A DNA stretch of 64,000 bases from positions 22,539,867 to 22,603,866 of the forward strand of contig OZ316894.1 in the NCBI GenBank assembly GCA_973895155.1, in the 5' to 3' direction. The DNA is from Marsupella aquatica. Taxonomy: Eukaryota > Plantae > Marchantiophyta. The translations under genes were made by a program, and so were the position numbers. Positions 49,691 through 61,047 of this stretch are shown in pieces. Positions within the stretch are counted from its first letter, which is position 1. Each line of letters opens with the position of its first letter. The notes under the pieces are model-generated. The model ran no database searches and was not told the origin of the DNA. It worked only from the letters and a program-made list of their open reading frames with translations.

Positions 49691-52003
49691 TCAATGCCAT
49701 CCTAAGAAGTTGTCGAGTACCGCAACAATAGATATGCACATTGGGTAAATTGCCAACACGGGTAATGCGAATGATAGGGGAAAAGTTGTCCTTGAACCAC
49801 CAATCGCTCCTAGAGCTATCACAGATAGCAGAATTACCGTAACCTCGCTCGAGAAATCCCACGTGAGATTTCGGATATATACGACTGCTAGGAAGAGTCC
49901 AAGACACAAGGTATTGTTCATTGTCACACCACCATAGAGTTGGGAAAACGTGAGAGAGATGTTTTGCTTCCGACGTCCTTTTGCAAAGATGAAGCTGGAG
50001 AAAAGCTCACTTGCATTGGAGGCAAATGGCGTGACCACAAAAGCTACGAAGAACGGCGGTATGCCTGATGCTTTGGAGAATCCTCCAATAGAATCAACCA
50101 AGGGATCAGCAAACAGTGCGGCCAGTATTGCTCCACCCGCCAGATACAGTGCTGCTGTTTTCTTTATGGAGCCAGACTCCACGACTCCTGCTTCCTTTGC
50201 TTCCCCATCTTCCTCACCACCCGCCTCACTCTCAAGAAGTTCCAGCACCTTCATGGCCTCTGAGGATTGAGCAGCCCAAAAACTTGGATCATCTGCACTA
50301 TGCACGTTACTTTCCAGCTGCTGGATCTTTCGCGACCATTTTTCTTTTGCGATCTTCTGTGCCCATTTCCCAATGCCAGTCGTGAATTCATGGTTAGAGA
50401 GGGTGCCATCAAAATCGACATCAAACTCTTGTAACCATAAATCAATTTGTGTCTTGTCAGGGATCGACCCTTCTTCTTCGAGCTCCAACCCCACGAGAAG
50501 GCCTGTGAGCTCTTCTTTCTGAATCTTTCCATCTTTATTTGAGTCAAATGAGATAAAGAGTTCCCTCAAAAGTTCCTGTGATGGACCAAACTTGTTCTCC
50601 TGCAGAAGTGTGGGGCTCCAGCCGACACGCTTCCCGGAGAAGGCTGTGACACGCTGAAGAGCGCGAGACCTCATAAACTGCAATCGTGCCTCTTCAATAC
50701 GCTTCTGTTGGAGCCATGGAAATGATACCTGGTAAAAACTGTACGCCAGAATTCCAATCAAACAGGCAATGGATCCTACAAGGGCAGCTTCAGGGCCCTC
50801 AGTGGGGCGCCCATCAAGGAGTGGTATTTGCACAGCTACAAACGGAAGTGCTGACAAAACCATGATCCAGGCTCCCACCCTCGTCTGCTCATCTGTTGTG
50901 ACACCTGTTCCACTCCAGTCAAGAGGTCGAGTGAGTGTGCGATCCTCAGCTGTGCCTCCTGGTCCTGACAGGTCGCATCGCCCGGCATACAGTGAGCCAG
51001 CCCAGCCAATAGTGAGCAGCATTACAATTGATCCTGCAAGTACGCCGATCCCCACCATCACCTGCTCTTGAGCCTCTTCAGCTGTGCCTCCTACTCCCGA
51101 TACAAGTACCAGCAGTGCATCAGGCAGGGCACCCAGGATTGGAAGAAGAAGTCCACCCAGTAATCCTGCGTTCATAACCTCTAGAAGCAGTTCACTTCCT
51201 TTTGAGATCAGTTGGGCAGCGAGGAGCAAGAAGTAGCCATAACCGACGATGAGAGTCAAGTTCCCTCCGAGACTGTCCGAGCATGGTAGGAACCCATAAC
51301 TTTCCTCGCACGCTTTGCTCAATTCAGCGACAGAGTTCCTCAATTGACGATCTACTTGTGGGGCAGAAGTTAATGATGTTTCATAGCTCGGCTGCACCAC
51401 CTCCTCTTCTCTAAAACCCTTTGATTCCAAGGCGTTTGAAAAGTTCTGTTGCGAAACCAGTGCTTGTCCACTTGCATCGAAAGGTTCAGCATTTGCCAGT
51501 GCAGAAACCGGGGCAGACCAAGTAATCCCGAGACATAGTGAGCACATGAGGGAAAGCTTGAAACACTTAGTAGAAAGAAGGTTGACTCCGGGAAGTCTCT
51601 CCTCTCCTCCAATTCGACACTCACCGCCATGTCCAGTAACGATGTCTTTACCAAAGGATTCCGACCACATTCCCTTCTTGGAGTCGAGATTTTTGACGCG
51701 CTGGAGTTCATCTTCGGCCAGCTCATTCTTCCTTCTGAATACCGAACGAATGCTTCCGAATTGAAGACAGTGAACCCGTTTCTGGAATGCACGATGACAG
51801 ACTCCCCCGTCTAGTTCGGAGCTTCTGCATCTCGCACATTCCACGCCCTTCCGTCCTGCAGCAGCTGCTTTGTCTGTAAGGGAAGGGGACCAGCTTCCTT
51901 CCCCTCCAACACGCCTCCTTCCGATCACTCCCCGCCTCCGCAACAATGGGACTTCTGCCAGTCGTGGAGAGCACAACAGAGCCACACAACCAGACAATGC
52001 CAT
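49691..52003 (-). CDS. NCL: NCL/EFCAX-type Na+(H+)/Ca2+ exchanger-like protein with central EF-hands, intronless, long N-terminal extension (770 aa)
   Basis: CEESYGFLPC..GNL.LIVGYG, GSELLL, GGLLLPILGALPDA, AQEQVMVGIGVLAGS, EF-hands DSNKDGKIQKEE and DVDFDGTLSNHEF, FADPLVD, PFASNASE, SLTFSQLYGGVTMNN, WDFSSEV. Confidence 0.92.
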   Translation of the reverse strand: MALSGCVALLCSPRLAEVPLLRRRGVIGRRRVGGEGSWSPSLTDKAAAAGRKGVECARCRSSELDGGVCHRAFQKRVHCLQFGSIRSVFRRKNELAEDELQRVKNLDSKKGMWSESFGKDIVTGHGGECRIGGEERLPGVNLLSTKCFKLSLMCSLCLGITWSAPVSALANAEPFDASGQALVSQQNFSNALESKGFREEEVVQPSYETSLTSAPQVDRQLRNSVAELSKACEESYGFLPCSDSLGGNLTLIVGYGYFLLLAAQLISKGSELLLEVMNAGLLGGLLLPILGALPDALLVLVSGVGGTAEEAQEQVMVGIGVLAGSIVMLLTIGWAGSLYAGRCDLSGPGGTAEDRTLTRPLDWSGTGVTTDEQTRVGAWIMVLSALPFVAVQIPLLDGRPTEGPEAALVGSIACLIGILAYSFYQVSFPWLQQKRIEEARLQFMRSRALQRVTAFSGKRVGWSPTLLQENKFGPSQELLRELFISFDSNKDGKIQKEELTGLLVGLELEEEGSIPDKTQIDLWLQEFDVDFDGTLSNHEFTTGIGKWAQKIAKEKWSRKIQQLESNVHSADDPSFWAAQSSEAMKVLELLESEAGGEEDGEAKEAGVVESGSIKKTAALYLAGGAILAALFADPLVDSIGGFSKASGIPPFFVAFVVTPFASNASELFSSFIFAKGRRKQNISLTFSQLYGGVTMNNTLCLGLFLAVVYIRNLTWDFSSEVTVILLSVIALGAIGGSRTTFPLSFALPVLAIYPMCISIVAVLDNFLGWH

Positions 52004-52043
52004 GGTCGTCTAATTACTAGTGGTGTTGCTACTGCTCGATGAC

Positions 52044-52305
52044 GAGGAATATCCAACGCCACCAAGGTTCCATCAGCCGTGCCTAGCTTACCAAATTTCT
52101 CGTCTACTCTCGCCGAGACGGAATTCTAACTAGTACATAGGCTACCGAAAGACACAGCTTGATTCCCTTCAGTCATTCCTCTAACTATCCACCTATCCTC
52201 AACACGCACCGACCATCTCGAGTCCGGAAAATTAAATCCATCACCCGCCTTTCAATCGAGCGCGAGAGACACGACCTCAACCGCACGGAGAAATGCAGAG
52301 AGAGA
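52044..52305 (-). promoter_or_regulatory. NCL 5' leader/promoter segment homologous to the GH43 upstream region
   Basis: accaaatttctcgt..tctcgccgagacgg.attctaa...aactatccacctatcctcaac...gacctcaaccgcac is shared with 15960-16225 and 16770-16800. Confidence 0.75.
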
Positions 52306-54078
52306 TAAGTTTGTTGCCAAACACCCAGAAATGGCGAAGTGAGGACTAGTCAATGTAAAGGTGCAAACGAGTCAGGTGTTCATCACAGTAGACCACGGAA
52401 CATCTTTATTAAGAGAGAGGCCATATCCATCACCACATGCGAGCAGGGCACAGCAAACAGTAGGAGCGATCTTCATGACAAGTGGAATAGGAAATGTATG
52501 CACAGCTTATCATACACGTAAGAGCTTTATGAACAGTGGATCAGTTGGAGTGTAGCAGATAGGACGACTTAACCCACCACTACAGTGGCCATGGCAAGAC
52601 CTGTATACACCAGGTTCATCATAAATATAGTATACTTTTCCTGAAATTGTAGACCACTATGGCACATAGAGGAGAAGAATGAATGGAATCCCAAAAGGGA
52701 GAAGTCTTTGACACTTCGTCCTCCTATATGGCTAGTGGGGGTTTAAGCAAGTGGTCAAGCAACATAGTAGTGGTTGGTGACAAAATATTCTGGTGCTCAC
52801 GACGAGGTAATCAAAACCCAGCATAGTAAGCAGTTACAGGAAAGTAATAGTATGTAAAGTGTACTGTTCGAATTATGTAAGTAATCACCATTCAGAAAAG
52901 ATGAGGTAATCAAAACCGTAAGCAGTTACAGAAAAAGTAAATAGTGTGTAAAGTATACGGTTCGAAGTATGTAAATAATCACCATTCAGAAAAAATGCTA
53001 GCAACGGCGTTAGTATTAAAAGGGGGCGAATAGTCAATGTCAGTATCCAGTTCGTGTCTGAACATGAAGATTCTAAGGGGTGCTGCCTTTCTGTTAGTGA
53101 AACAGTATGCAGTGGACCCTCATTTAGTGTTAAAATACAGATGACACATTCTGTATTTTGTCTTAGGGTCGGATGGGGTGAATCGGTAACTATAAAAAGT
53201 ACATTCAAGTTACACGTTTTTGCTACCGTACCACAATAAACCAGATTGTTGTGCTATATCACTAAGTGTTGTTCCATCTCTGTATCTGGCTGCTGTTTTT
53301 CCTTATAGGGCTGCTGTTTTGTTGATACATCACTGAGTGTTGTTTCTTCTCTGTATCTGGCTACCGGTTTTTTCTGTGTACCTGGCCGCCGTTTTTTTAT
53401 GTATTTAAGTGTTGTTCCTATTCCGTAGAGGGCTGCTGTTTTGTTGATGTGCAATTACCAGGACACCAGCTTTTGGGAAGGGGAGTACTTGACACTATTT
53501 AATCATACATTGATGCCTCTTGCAGGAAAATTCTGAGACCAGATCTGGTTTTAGTTTCTGCAAAGGGAGCACTAGGACTGGCTGTAGATTGACACCAACT
53601 GAATACTCTCAAATGACCGAAAGGTGGGTGGGTTCGGTCAATGGTCGACTTGTATTGGCTTTTGAAAGTCTACTACTATGAGTCCTTTGTTGCGTGCGTG
53701 CAGGTGGTGGTGCTTTGGAGATCCAGCTGAAACCAGATCCGAGAGTTTTATCCAGAAACAAATCCGCTCGTAGACGATGTTAAGCAAGTGCTGCAGTCAT
53801 CCTGGCCAGATTCGACTGAGGTGAGCCAGGCAAGGCTGAGACCGAAAGGCCATGCCCGCATAGTTATTTGCATATTGTACACCCAAAGCATTGTAAACAG
53901 ATCTTAAACATGCACGGAGGACTGGAAACTCGAACATCGGATAGAAATGCTCAATATCTGAACATTCAAATCATAATTCTGTACACGGAACAGTGTCCTG
54001 ACAGAGACAAATGCTACGCAGGTAACAGGGCAATATTTTCATCAACTGTCAATATGCAAGTCAATTCCGATATTGGGC

Positions 54079-55548
54079 TTATAAGCATCGAGATAAAGCT
54101 ACTGACCGCAAAGCAAGCTTTTGCTCCCTCAGTGGGATCCCCATGTCTACATTGGCTCTCTCCCTCTCGTTTCGAACATGCATCTTTGAGTTTTTCCCGT
54201 ATGAACAATGCCTATCAACTCGATTAAGTCTGGCCAGTCTTTCTTCTAGCTTCCGAAGGGAATCCTTGCGGATATCTTGGAATTCTACCTCCACCTCCTC
54301 GTCTTTTTCGATGGGAGGGAAATCCGCACTCAAAAAGCTCTCACATCCAGTGAAACACCCCCTCAACGAACTAAGGTTATCCCGGACCCACTCTTCATCA
54401 GCACCGGAAACCACAACACTGAAGTGTACTTTAATTTCCTCTCCAAACAGGCGTACAAAGAATTTCCATAGTCTCTCCTCTAACTGATCCAATTTTTCTT
54501 TCTTTATTACGTAAACATAGTGCGAGAATGTACCTTCCAGGAGCTTCACATACTGTTTGATCTTTTCCGTTGCTTCTGGGGTCGATATGGTGCTCTCTGG
54601 ACCTTTCGGCTCTCCAAAGCCAGGGGTATCGAGAACATACCACCCTCTGCCCTCACCGTGTTCTATTGTGTTCGTTCCACCCTTGATTCCTGAGCTGGAC
54701 GTAAACGTTTTGTTATGCGGATCAAGTGCTCCCCTTGTAAGCATTTGTGCTAGAGTAGACTTTCCACTCCCTGTTCTCCCAAGCAAGATCACTCTCTCTG
54801 GGCCCCAAGGTCCAAACATTTCCTTATCTGATGAGACATCCACTACAAACGGCATAACGGGTGGGTGAGGAACTCCGGGTGCCGTCTTGAAGAATGAAGT
54901 GTTTTTGTTCTGCGTATCCTCCGTGTGTCGTCTTGAAGAATGAGACAGCAAAGTCTGTAACCTGGACAGCTTCCCATCACGAGGGATCTTGCTTAGTCGA
55001 ATACTTATATCAATCACCCTACTCACGGAATCATCCCCTTCCATCAAACTTGAGTAGATGATGTTCCTTGTTGAAAATTCGTGCTCCGCCACAAAATGTT
55101 CGAGCTCTATCTTTGTGACCTCAGGCACGTGTCCGATCTCTTTCGTGTTCACAAGCGTCATTATTCCTCCTTTGTGATCTTTGAAAATGAGACCAAAGAC
55201 ATCCACCCAACAATTGTAAGAGAACATTTCCCATTTACATGTGTCCCTAATTGCACATGTAATTACGCAAACCACGACTACAAGCTTGTCCAATAGAATC
55301 CGTCGAAGAGCATTTCGGGAAATCCATCGTCTTGCAATCGCGGTGGCGCTCCTCCCATTGACATTTTCCAATGGTGTGGTATCAACCAAAATTCTACCTG
55401 TGGATTTACAAGTAAAAATCCGAACATCATCGGTCGTACGATCTTCCCACGCACCATATCTCATTATCGACTCCGCAACACCACTTTTGTGTTCAGGATT
55501 ATTCCCCACAACCAGGATGACAACTTCTCTGTGATCAACATCATCCAT
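54079..55548 (-). CDS. AIG1/TRAFAC-like P-loop GTPase with two tandem G domains, the first degenerate
   Basis: Second domain VILLGRTGSGKSTLAQML (G1) and YVLDTPGFGE (G3); first domain VILVVGNNPEHKSGV and ILVDTTPL; single 490-codon ORF. Confidence 0.75.
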   Translation of the reverse strand: MDDVDHREVVILVVGNNPEHKSGVAESIMRYGAWEDRTTDDVRIFTCKSTGRILVDTTPLENVNGRSATAIARRWISRNALRRILLDKLVVVVCVITCAIRDTCKWEMFSYNCWVDVFGLIFKDHKGGIMTLVNTKEIGHVPEVTKIELEHFVAEHEFSTRNIIYSSLMEGDDSVSRVIDISIRLSKIPRDGKLSRLQTLLSHSSRRHTEDTQNKNTSFFKTAPGVPHPPVMPFVVDVSSDKEMFGPWGPERVILLGRTGSGKSTLAQMLTRGALDPHNKTFTSSSGIKGGTNTIEHGEGRGWYVLDTPGFGEPKGPESTISTPEATEKIKQYVKLLEGTFSHYVYVIKKEKLDQLEERLWKFFVRLFGEEIKVHFSVVVSGADEEWVRDNLSSLRGCFTGCESFLSADFPPIEKDEEVEVEFQDIRKDSLRKLEERLARLNRVDRHCSYGKNSKMHVRNERERANVDMGIPLREQKLALRSVALSRCL

Positions 55549-57439
55549 AGTTGCCGAAGAGCTGTCCTGCAAGCTTACCAAGGCAGAGGAACAGAAGCAT
55601 TAGCGGTGCACACACTGCGAATACCCTCCATTACTGTCAGTGCAAACGTCGTTACTTCTAGAAGATGAACTCGGAAATAACTGTACGTGCCATACAGAAC
55701 TCTCCGAGTATGAGCCAGTTTCTTCTCAGTTGACAATCTCTGTGTCCGTTGAGACGACGGGTCGGGTTGAAAGAAATTCTAGACAAATGATATTAAGTAC
55801 CAGGAAATGAATACCACAGGACAGGGAAAGCTGTATCCCATGCATTCTCTTTGAACGACACGAAGCCGTTGGTCTAAATCCTCCAAAGAAAGTAGAATTA
55901 TAAGTGAAGTGGCTGAAACCAGACGAGTATACGAGCATTTCGATTCAAGTTCAAGGTGAGTCAGTGTTTGGCATGGACATCAACTAGGGTGCTCAATACC
56001 TGGGTGAAACTGTGCTTAGGCTTCCCGGAGGTGGTTTCCCAAGAGTTCAGAAACAGGACAAACTTAGCTCTGGAGGAGTAGAGACCAGATTCGTCGAGCA
56101 GGAGAGGAGGAAATAACTCGCCTCGTATTTTCTGGGTTATGCAATTTCTCGGGAGATTTTAAGGTTAATCATTCGAGCATGTGTGATCGGAGTGGTCACA
56201 ATGTCTATCATCCTCTTCATTTCAAGAGAAGTCCACGAAACCGAACAGGAAATCCACCTATACACCTTTTTGACCCAACCCTGGCTTCTGACTACCACAG
56301 CCGTCCACACACAACTACTGTCAAAACCATGTATAGTATCCTCTCACCATTGCTCCTTCGAACCTTTGTGGTAAGTTTCCGTAGACTCCAAATAATGTCA
56401 CAAATGGTTCCAACTACCTCGAAGACAATAGGTCGTTGTCAAGAATTTTAAACCCAGAAAACACTCTCGATTAAACGTAATATTCCGAAGACTCGATGAT
56501 TATTTTGATTGACCACCGTTGGCTAGTCACTGCTTCGGTGGGAGTAGCGTAGAAAAGTTGTCAACTAGTACTCCCAACTTTAAACTTATCCAACGCATTT
56601 CTTTGATTAGAAGGTTTTCTGTAAAATAGGAGTAATTGTGCGATGGCCTTTATCATAACTGCTAGAACGAGCGACTGCTCTACTCTCGAAGTTTTAAAGA
56701 TGAGCTATAAGCAAAGGGGCTCAACCTGGATTACACTCTGCAACAATTCAGAGAATCGCAGTCTTGCTATGACCGTCATCGAGACATCAAGATTTCCAAC
56801 ATCATGTGAGCAGAAATTTCTGTCACTGAGGCAAGGAAAAATGATCCTTTCCAGATCTACAACAACAAAACCTGAGAATGACACCTTTAACACTATATGA
56901 CTTTCCATTTTCGGAATCAATGACACATACAGCATGAGGTATATTTCGTGAGACCCTCCGACGGTAAAGCGGTCGTTATTCTTGAGCTTCATATAACTCT
57001 CTGCTGTAAGATGATTGTGTAGATCATACCTGTCATGAACTAGCGCATATGATGCTTGTATCGACTGCTATGTCCGTCGCGGGATCTTCGTCTCCTCGAC
57101 CTCGGTTATCAAAGATGGGGTCTCCGACCGAAATATGTAGCGTGCAACCTCAAACCCTTCGTGCTTTAACGAACGAGGCATCTACCTTGAATTGGTAGTG
57201 GCGGACCAGACCGAGCCTGTTTCTTCTTCAATGAATACAATGCCCTCCTTTGGCGATCAAGTGGTGTATCCATGTAGCTATTCTGCTCGGCCGATTTCGA
57301 AGCTGTTTTCCTTGGGTCTTCTTTTAATCTGCCGGGAAACTTCACAAACGAGGTGAATGAGGGTAATCAGCAGGCCATATCGAATTGACCAAAATGGTTC
57401 AATCCTCTTCAAAGAACTCTCAAAATTGCGAAAGGTTAA

Positions 57440-57727
57440 CTTTAGTTCCAGACTAGGTTAGGTTAGTCATATTGTGTGCACATTTACTCAAGTGGTGTTT
57501 ATTTGGAGAGTAGGAATTCGGGCTCATTGTTACGGAGTTAGTTGAGAGATAGGGAGAGCTTGTACTATGGATGTTTGGTATGGTCGGTCATCTAGAATGC
57601 AATAAAGTTCTTATGTGTTCCCGTGGATGTAGCCTCATGTGAAAACGAACCACGTATCTCTTGGTGTCGATACATGTGCATTGGATGATTCATGGGTTTG
57701 CCGTTGCGATTGTCGCCAATGCTCAAC
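57440..57727 (+). mobile_element. 5'-truncated LTR of the same copia family
   Basis: gactaggttaggttagtcat...gttgagagatagggagagcttgt...gctcaaca matches 24131-24408 and 59060-59269. Confidence 0.8.
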
Positions 57728-58014
57728 AAAACTCAAAAAAAGAAGACAAAAGAAAACACCAAAATCCTAAAAAGGGAGAAAACTAAGAGACTACACTAAG
57801 AGATTCATTTAATTTTGATGTTATTCAACAACTAAGTTAGAGCACATGAAAAATTGCACACTCCTTTGAACATGGAGATGAGGGGAAAAACATAGTAGAT
57901 TTTTCATGGTAGTAGTTCGTGCACAACTTTCCCTTGGTACTCCTATGTCCATATAGGCCATGCAAAATGTGTTATGAATGCCGTCTATTGGAAAACACTG
58001 ATATATCAATCATA

Positions 58015-61000
58015 GTCAGTCCAAAGGTTACTCTAGACCTAAGAGTAAATCCGAACAATCTCCCTCTTGACTCTGGTCTAGGGGAGGGTAAAGACTGCTA
58101 CCTATATAGGGAAGTTTTGGAATGAAAAACCAAACCAGTTTTTCCCTCTTTATACGAGAGTAGACCAGAACTAAGTCGTATTAACCTATACAAGGAATTA
58201 GCAAGAGTATATATAAGTATCTACAAAAATGTTAAGTAACCCTACTTGTGATGCAATTGCAAAACCTGCAACACATCATGGTGTCTAGAAAAACTCTCTA
58301 AAGAAATCACTTTGGTAAAGGCATCAGTCGGGTTGAGTTTACCGTTAATCTTGACTAGCCCAAACATATTATCAGACACAGTCTGCCTGATAAATTGATA
58401 CCTAATGTCAATGTGCTTCACTATGTTGTCCATCACCTGGTTCATAGCAAGGTGGAGTGCACTCTGACTATCACAATGGAGCTTCACATTCCCCTTTGGC
58501 AATCCCATCTCAGTGATTAGTCTATCCAACCAAGTCGCTCCCTTTGCTCCTTCCTTTGTTGCAGCATACTCTATTTCTGTAGTAGATTGGGCAATACACT
58601 TCTGCAAAGTAGACCTCCAACTTATGCATCCACCACCAAGTGTGAACACATACCTTGTTGTTGATCTCCTCTAGTCCAGATCCTATGCATAGTCAACATC
58701 TACATAGCACATCAATGATCTGACATTGTCAGCATGTGCATCAAACAATATACCATGATCCACGGTACCCTTTAAGTACTGGATAATCCACTTCACTGCT
58801 TTCCAGTGTACCTTCCTTGGATTTGACATGTACCTGCTCACCTTGCCCATAGTCATGGCAAGATAAGGTCTAGTGCAAGTCATCAAATACATGAGATTTG
58901 ATGAGACTCCCCACTGCCTTGTCATTGTTAGATATTGCTCTAGTCTTGTGACTCTTGTGCTAACCACAGTTAGGCTAACTCGGGTTAGGACTTAGCTAAT
59001 GTTAGCGGTAGTGCTGTTGTGCATATAGCCAGGGCTGATGCCAGACCCTGGTGGAACAAAGGCTCATTGTTACGGAGCTAGTTGAGAGATAGGGAGAGCT
59101 TGTGCTGTGGATGCTTGGTATGGCCGGTCGGCCTAGAGTGCAGTAAAGCTCTTGTGTGTTCCCGTGGACGTAGCCTCATGTAGAGGTGAACCACGTATCT
59201 CTCTGTGTCGACTATTGTGCGTTGGATGGTTCATGGGCTTGTCGTTACAAATGTTGTCTATGCTCAACAGTCATAAAGAACCTTTGACATTAGCCTTTCT
59301 CTATCTCATCCATAGGATAGAAAGCTGACGACAACTTAAAATGTGGAGCCAACGGGGTACTTACTAGCTTGATATCCCCATGTTGAACCTTGCAATTATC
59401 TTCCTCACATAACTACTTTGTGTCAACCATAGCTTACCAGCCTTCAAGCCCTAATGATCTTCATATCCAAAATCCTCTTAGCTGGTCCTAAGTTCTTCAT
59501 CTTAAACTCTGCACTAGGCAGTGCCTTGAGCTTAACAATCTCAAATTTATCCTTGGCCGCAATAAGCATGTCATCCATATAAAGTATTAAAACAATGAAC
59601 CCAAAGACAACATTATTCATCGGTTTAAGATACACACAAGGGTCAAACACACTCATATGAAAGCCTTGTGCATGAATCTAATCATCAAATTGCTTATTCC
59701 ACTGTCTTGGTGATTGCTTCAACCCATACAATGATCTCAGCAATCTGCAAACCAAATCCTCTTGTGATCTCTTCACAAAACCTAGCGGCTGTCTGATGAA
59801 GATCACCTTTTCCAAGGTGTCATAAAGGAAAGTTGTGACAACATCCATCTGATCTAGCAGCAGACCAAACATAATAATAAACACACATAATAGCCGTATT
59901 ATAGAGTACTTAGCAACTGGTGAAAATACCTCATTATAATCCACACCTTTCTTTTGTGTGAATCCCTTGGCTACCAACCTAGCCTTGTAGACCTTCAATC
60001 CACCTCTTGTGGATTGACCCTTCAGCTTGTATATCCACTTGTTGTCCACCACTTCCTGTCCCTCAAGCAGCTTGACAAGCTCCCAAGTTTTGTTATCCTT
60101 CAATGACTGCATCTTTGTTTGCATTGCTGCAATCCACTCCTGCTTCTTCTTAGAAGCACTTGTCTCATGAAATGAAGAAGGTTCCCCTTCTTCCAAAATC
60201 AATGCATCACCCTCATTATCAGCAACAAAATCCTCCTCTTGTAACTGAGATGAATCAACCCACTGTCCATATCTTGGTGGAGCGCGTACAGTGCGACCAG
60301 ATTTTCTTCTAGTCAATGACTCCGGTTTATCTGCCCTTTGCTGGTATAATCTAAAGCTCACCAGCATCCACTTGTTGTTCACCAACATCAACAAACTCCT
60401 CTGGTTCCTCTATCACAGGAACAAACTTCATCATTGGAGCAACTCCTTCTCTCTGATCATGCATCTCATGACCAATCCCCCCCTCAATAAGATCTAGGAT
60501 AGGAGATTTTTCTTTGTTAGTACAAGAGACCTGAATATTCTCCCCCTCCTTCAATAATTTGGATTCATTGAAGGAAACATCCCTACTGACAACCAACTTA
60601 CAAGCAATAGGATCCCATAGCCTGTAGGCTTTCACATCGCTCTGATACCCAAGAAAAATACATTTCTTGGAGGTAGGATCTAACTTGGTCCTATTCTATT
60701 TTGGTGTGAGAGCATATGCATCACTTCGAGAAACTACCAAGCCATGATAGTCTGTTTGCCACTTATAGCGCATCTAAAACGGTGTTTTGAAATTGATTGC
60801 ACTGGAAGGAGAAAGATTTACCAAATAAGTTGCGATATTGACATCTTCTACCCAAAATGTGATAAACCTGATTGGCTCAACATACTCCATGACCGCTCCA
60901 ATCATGTCTGATTGAGCCTCTCAGTGACACCATTCTACTGCAAAATATAAACTGTGGTGAGATGATGTGTTATCCCTTATTCTGAACAATACTCTTTAAA

Positions 61001-61047
61001 TTTCACTAAAGTGTACTCCCCACTATTGTCTGATCTCAGAATCTTCA
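58015..61047 (-). mobile_element. Decayed Ty1/copia retrotransposon: integrase, RT, RNase H, PPT and start of the 3' LTR
   Basis: KILRSDNSGEYT (integrase), KAYRLWD, YKARLVAKGFTQ, QMDVVTTFL, SLYGLKQSPRQW, LYMDDMLI, ISWRSTLQKCIAQSTTE.EY, KHIDIRY; stops and frameshifts; PPT AGAGGGAGAT then TGTTCGGATTTACTCTTAGG at 58057. Confidence 0.93.
58926..59269 (+). mobile_element. Solo LTR (344 bp) nested in the copia RT region, opposite orientation
   Basis: TGTTAG...TCAACA; 5-bp TSD GTCAT at 58921-58925 and 59270-59274. Confidence 0.92.

Noticed and set aside
56100-57400. Possible decayed coding sequence on the minus strand
   Set aside because: Many stops and no assignable family
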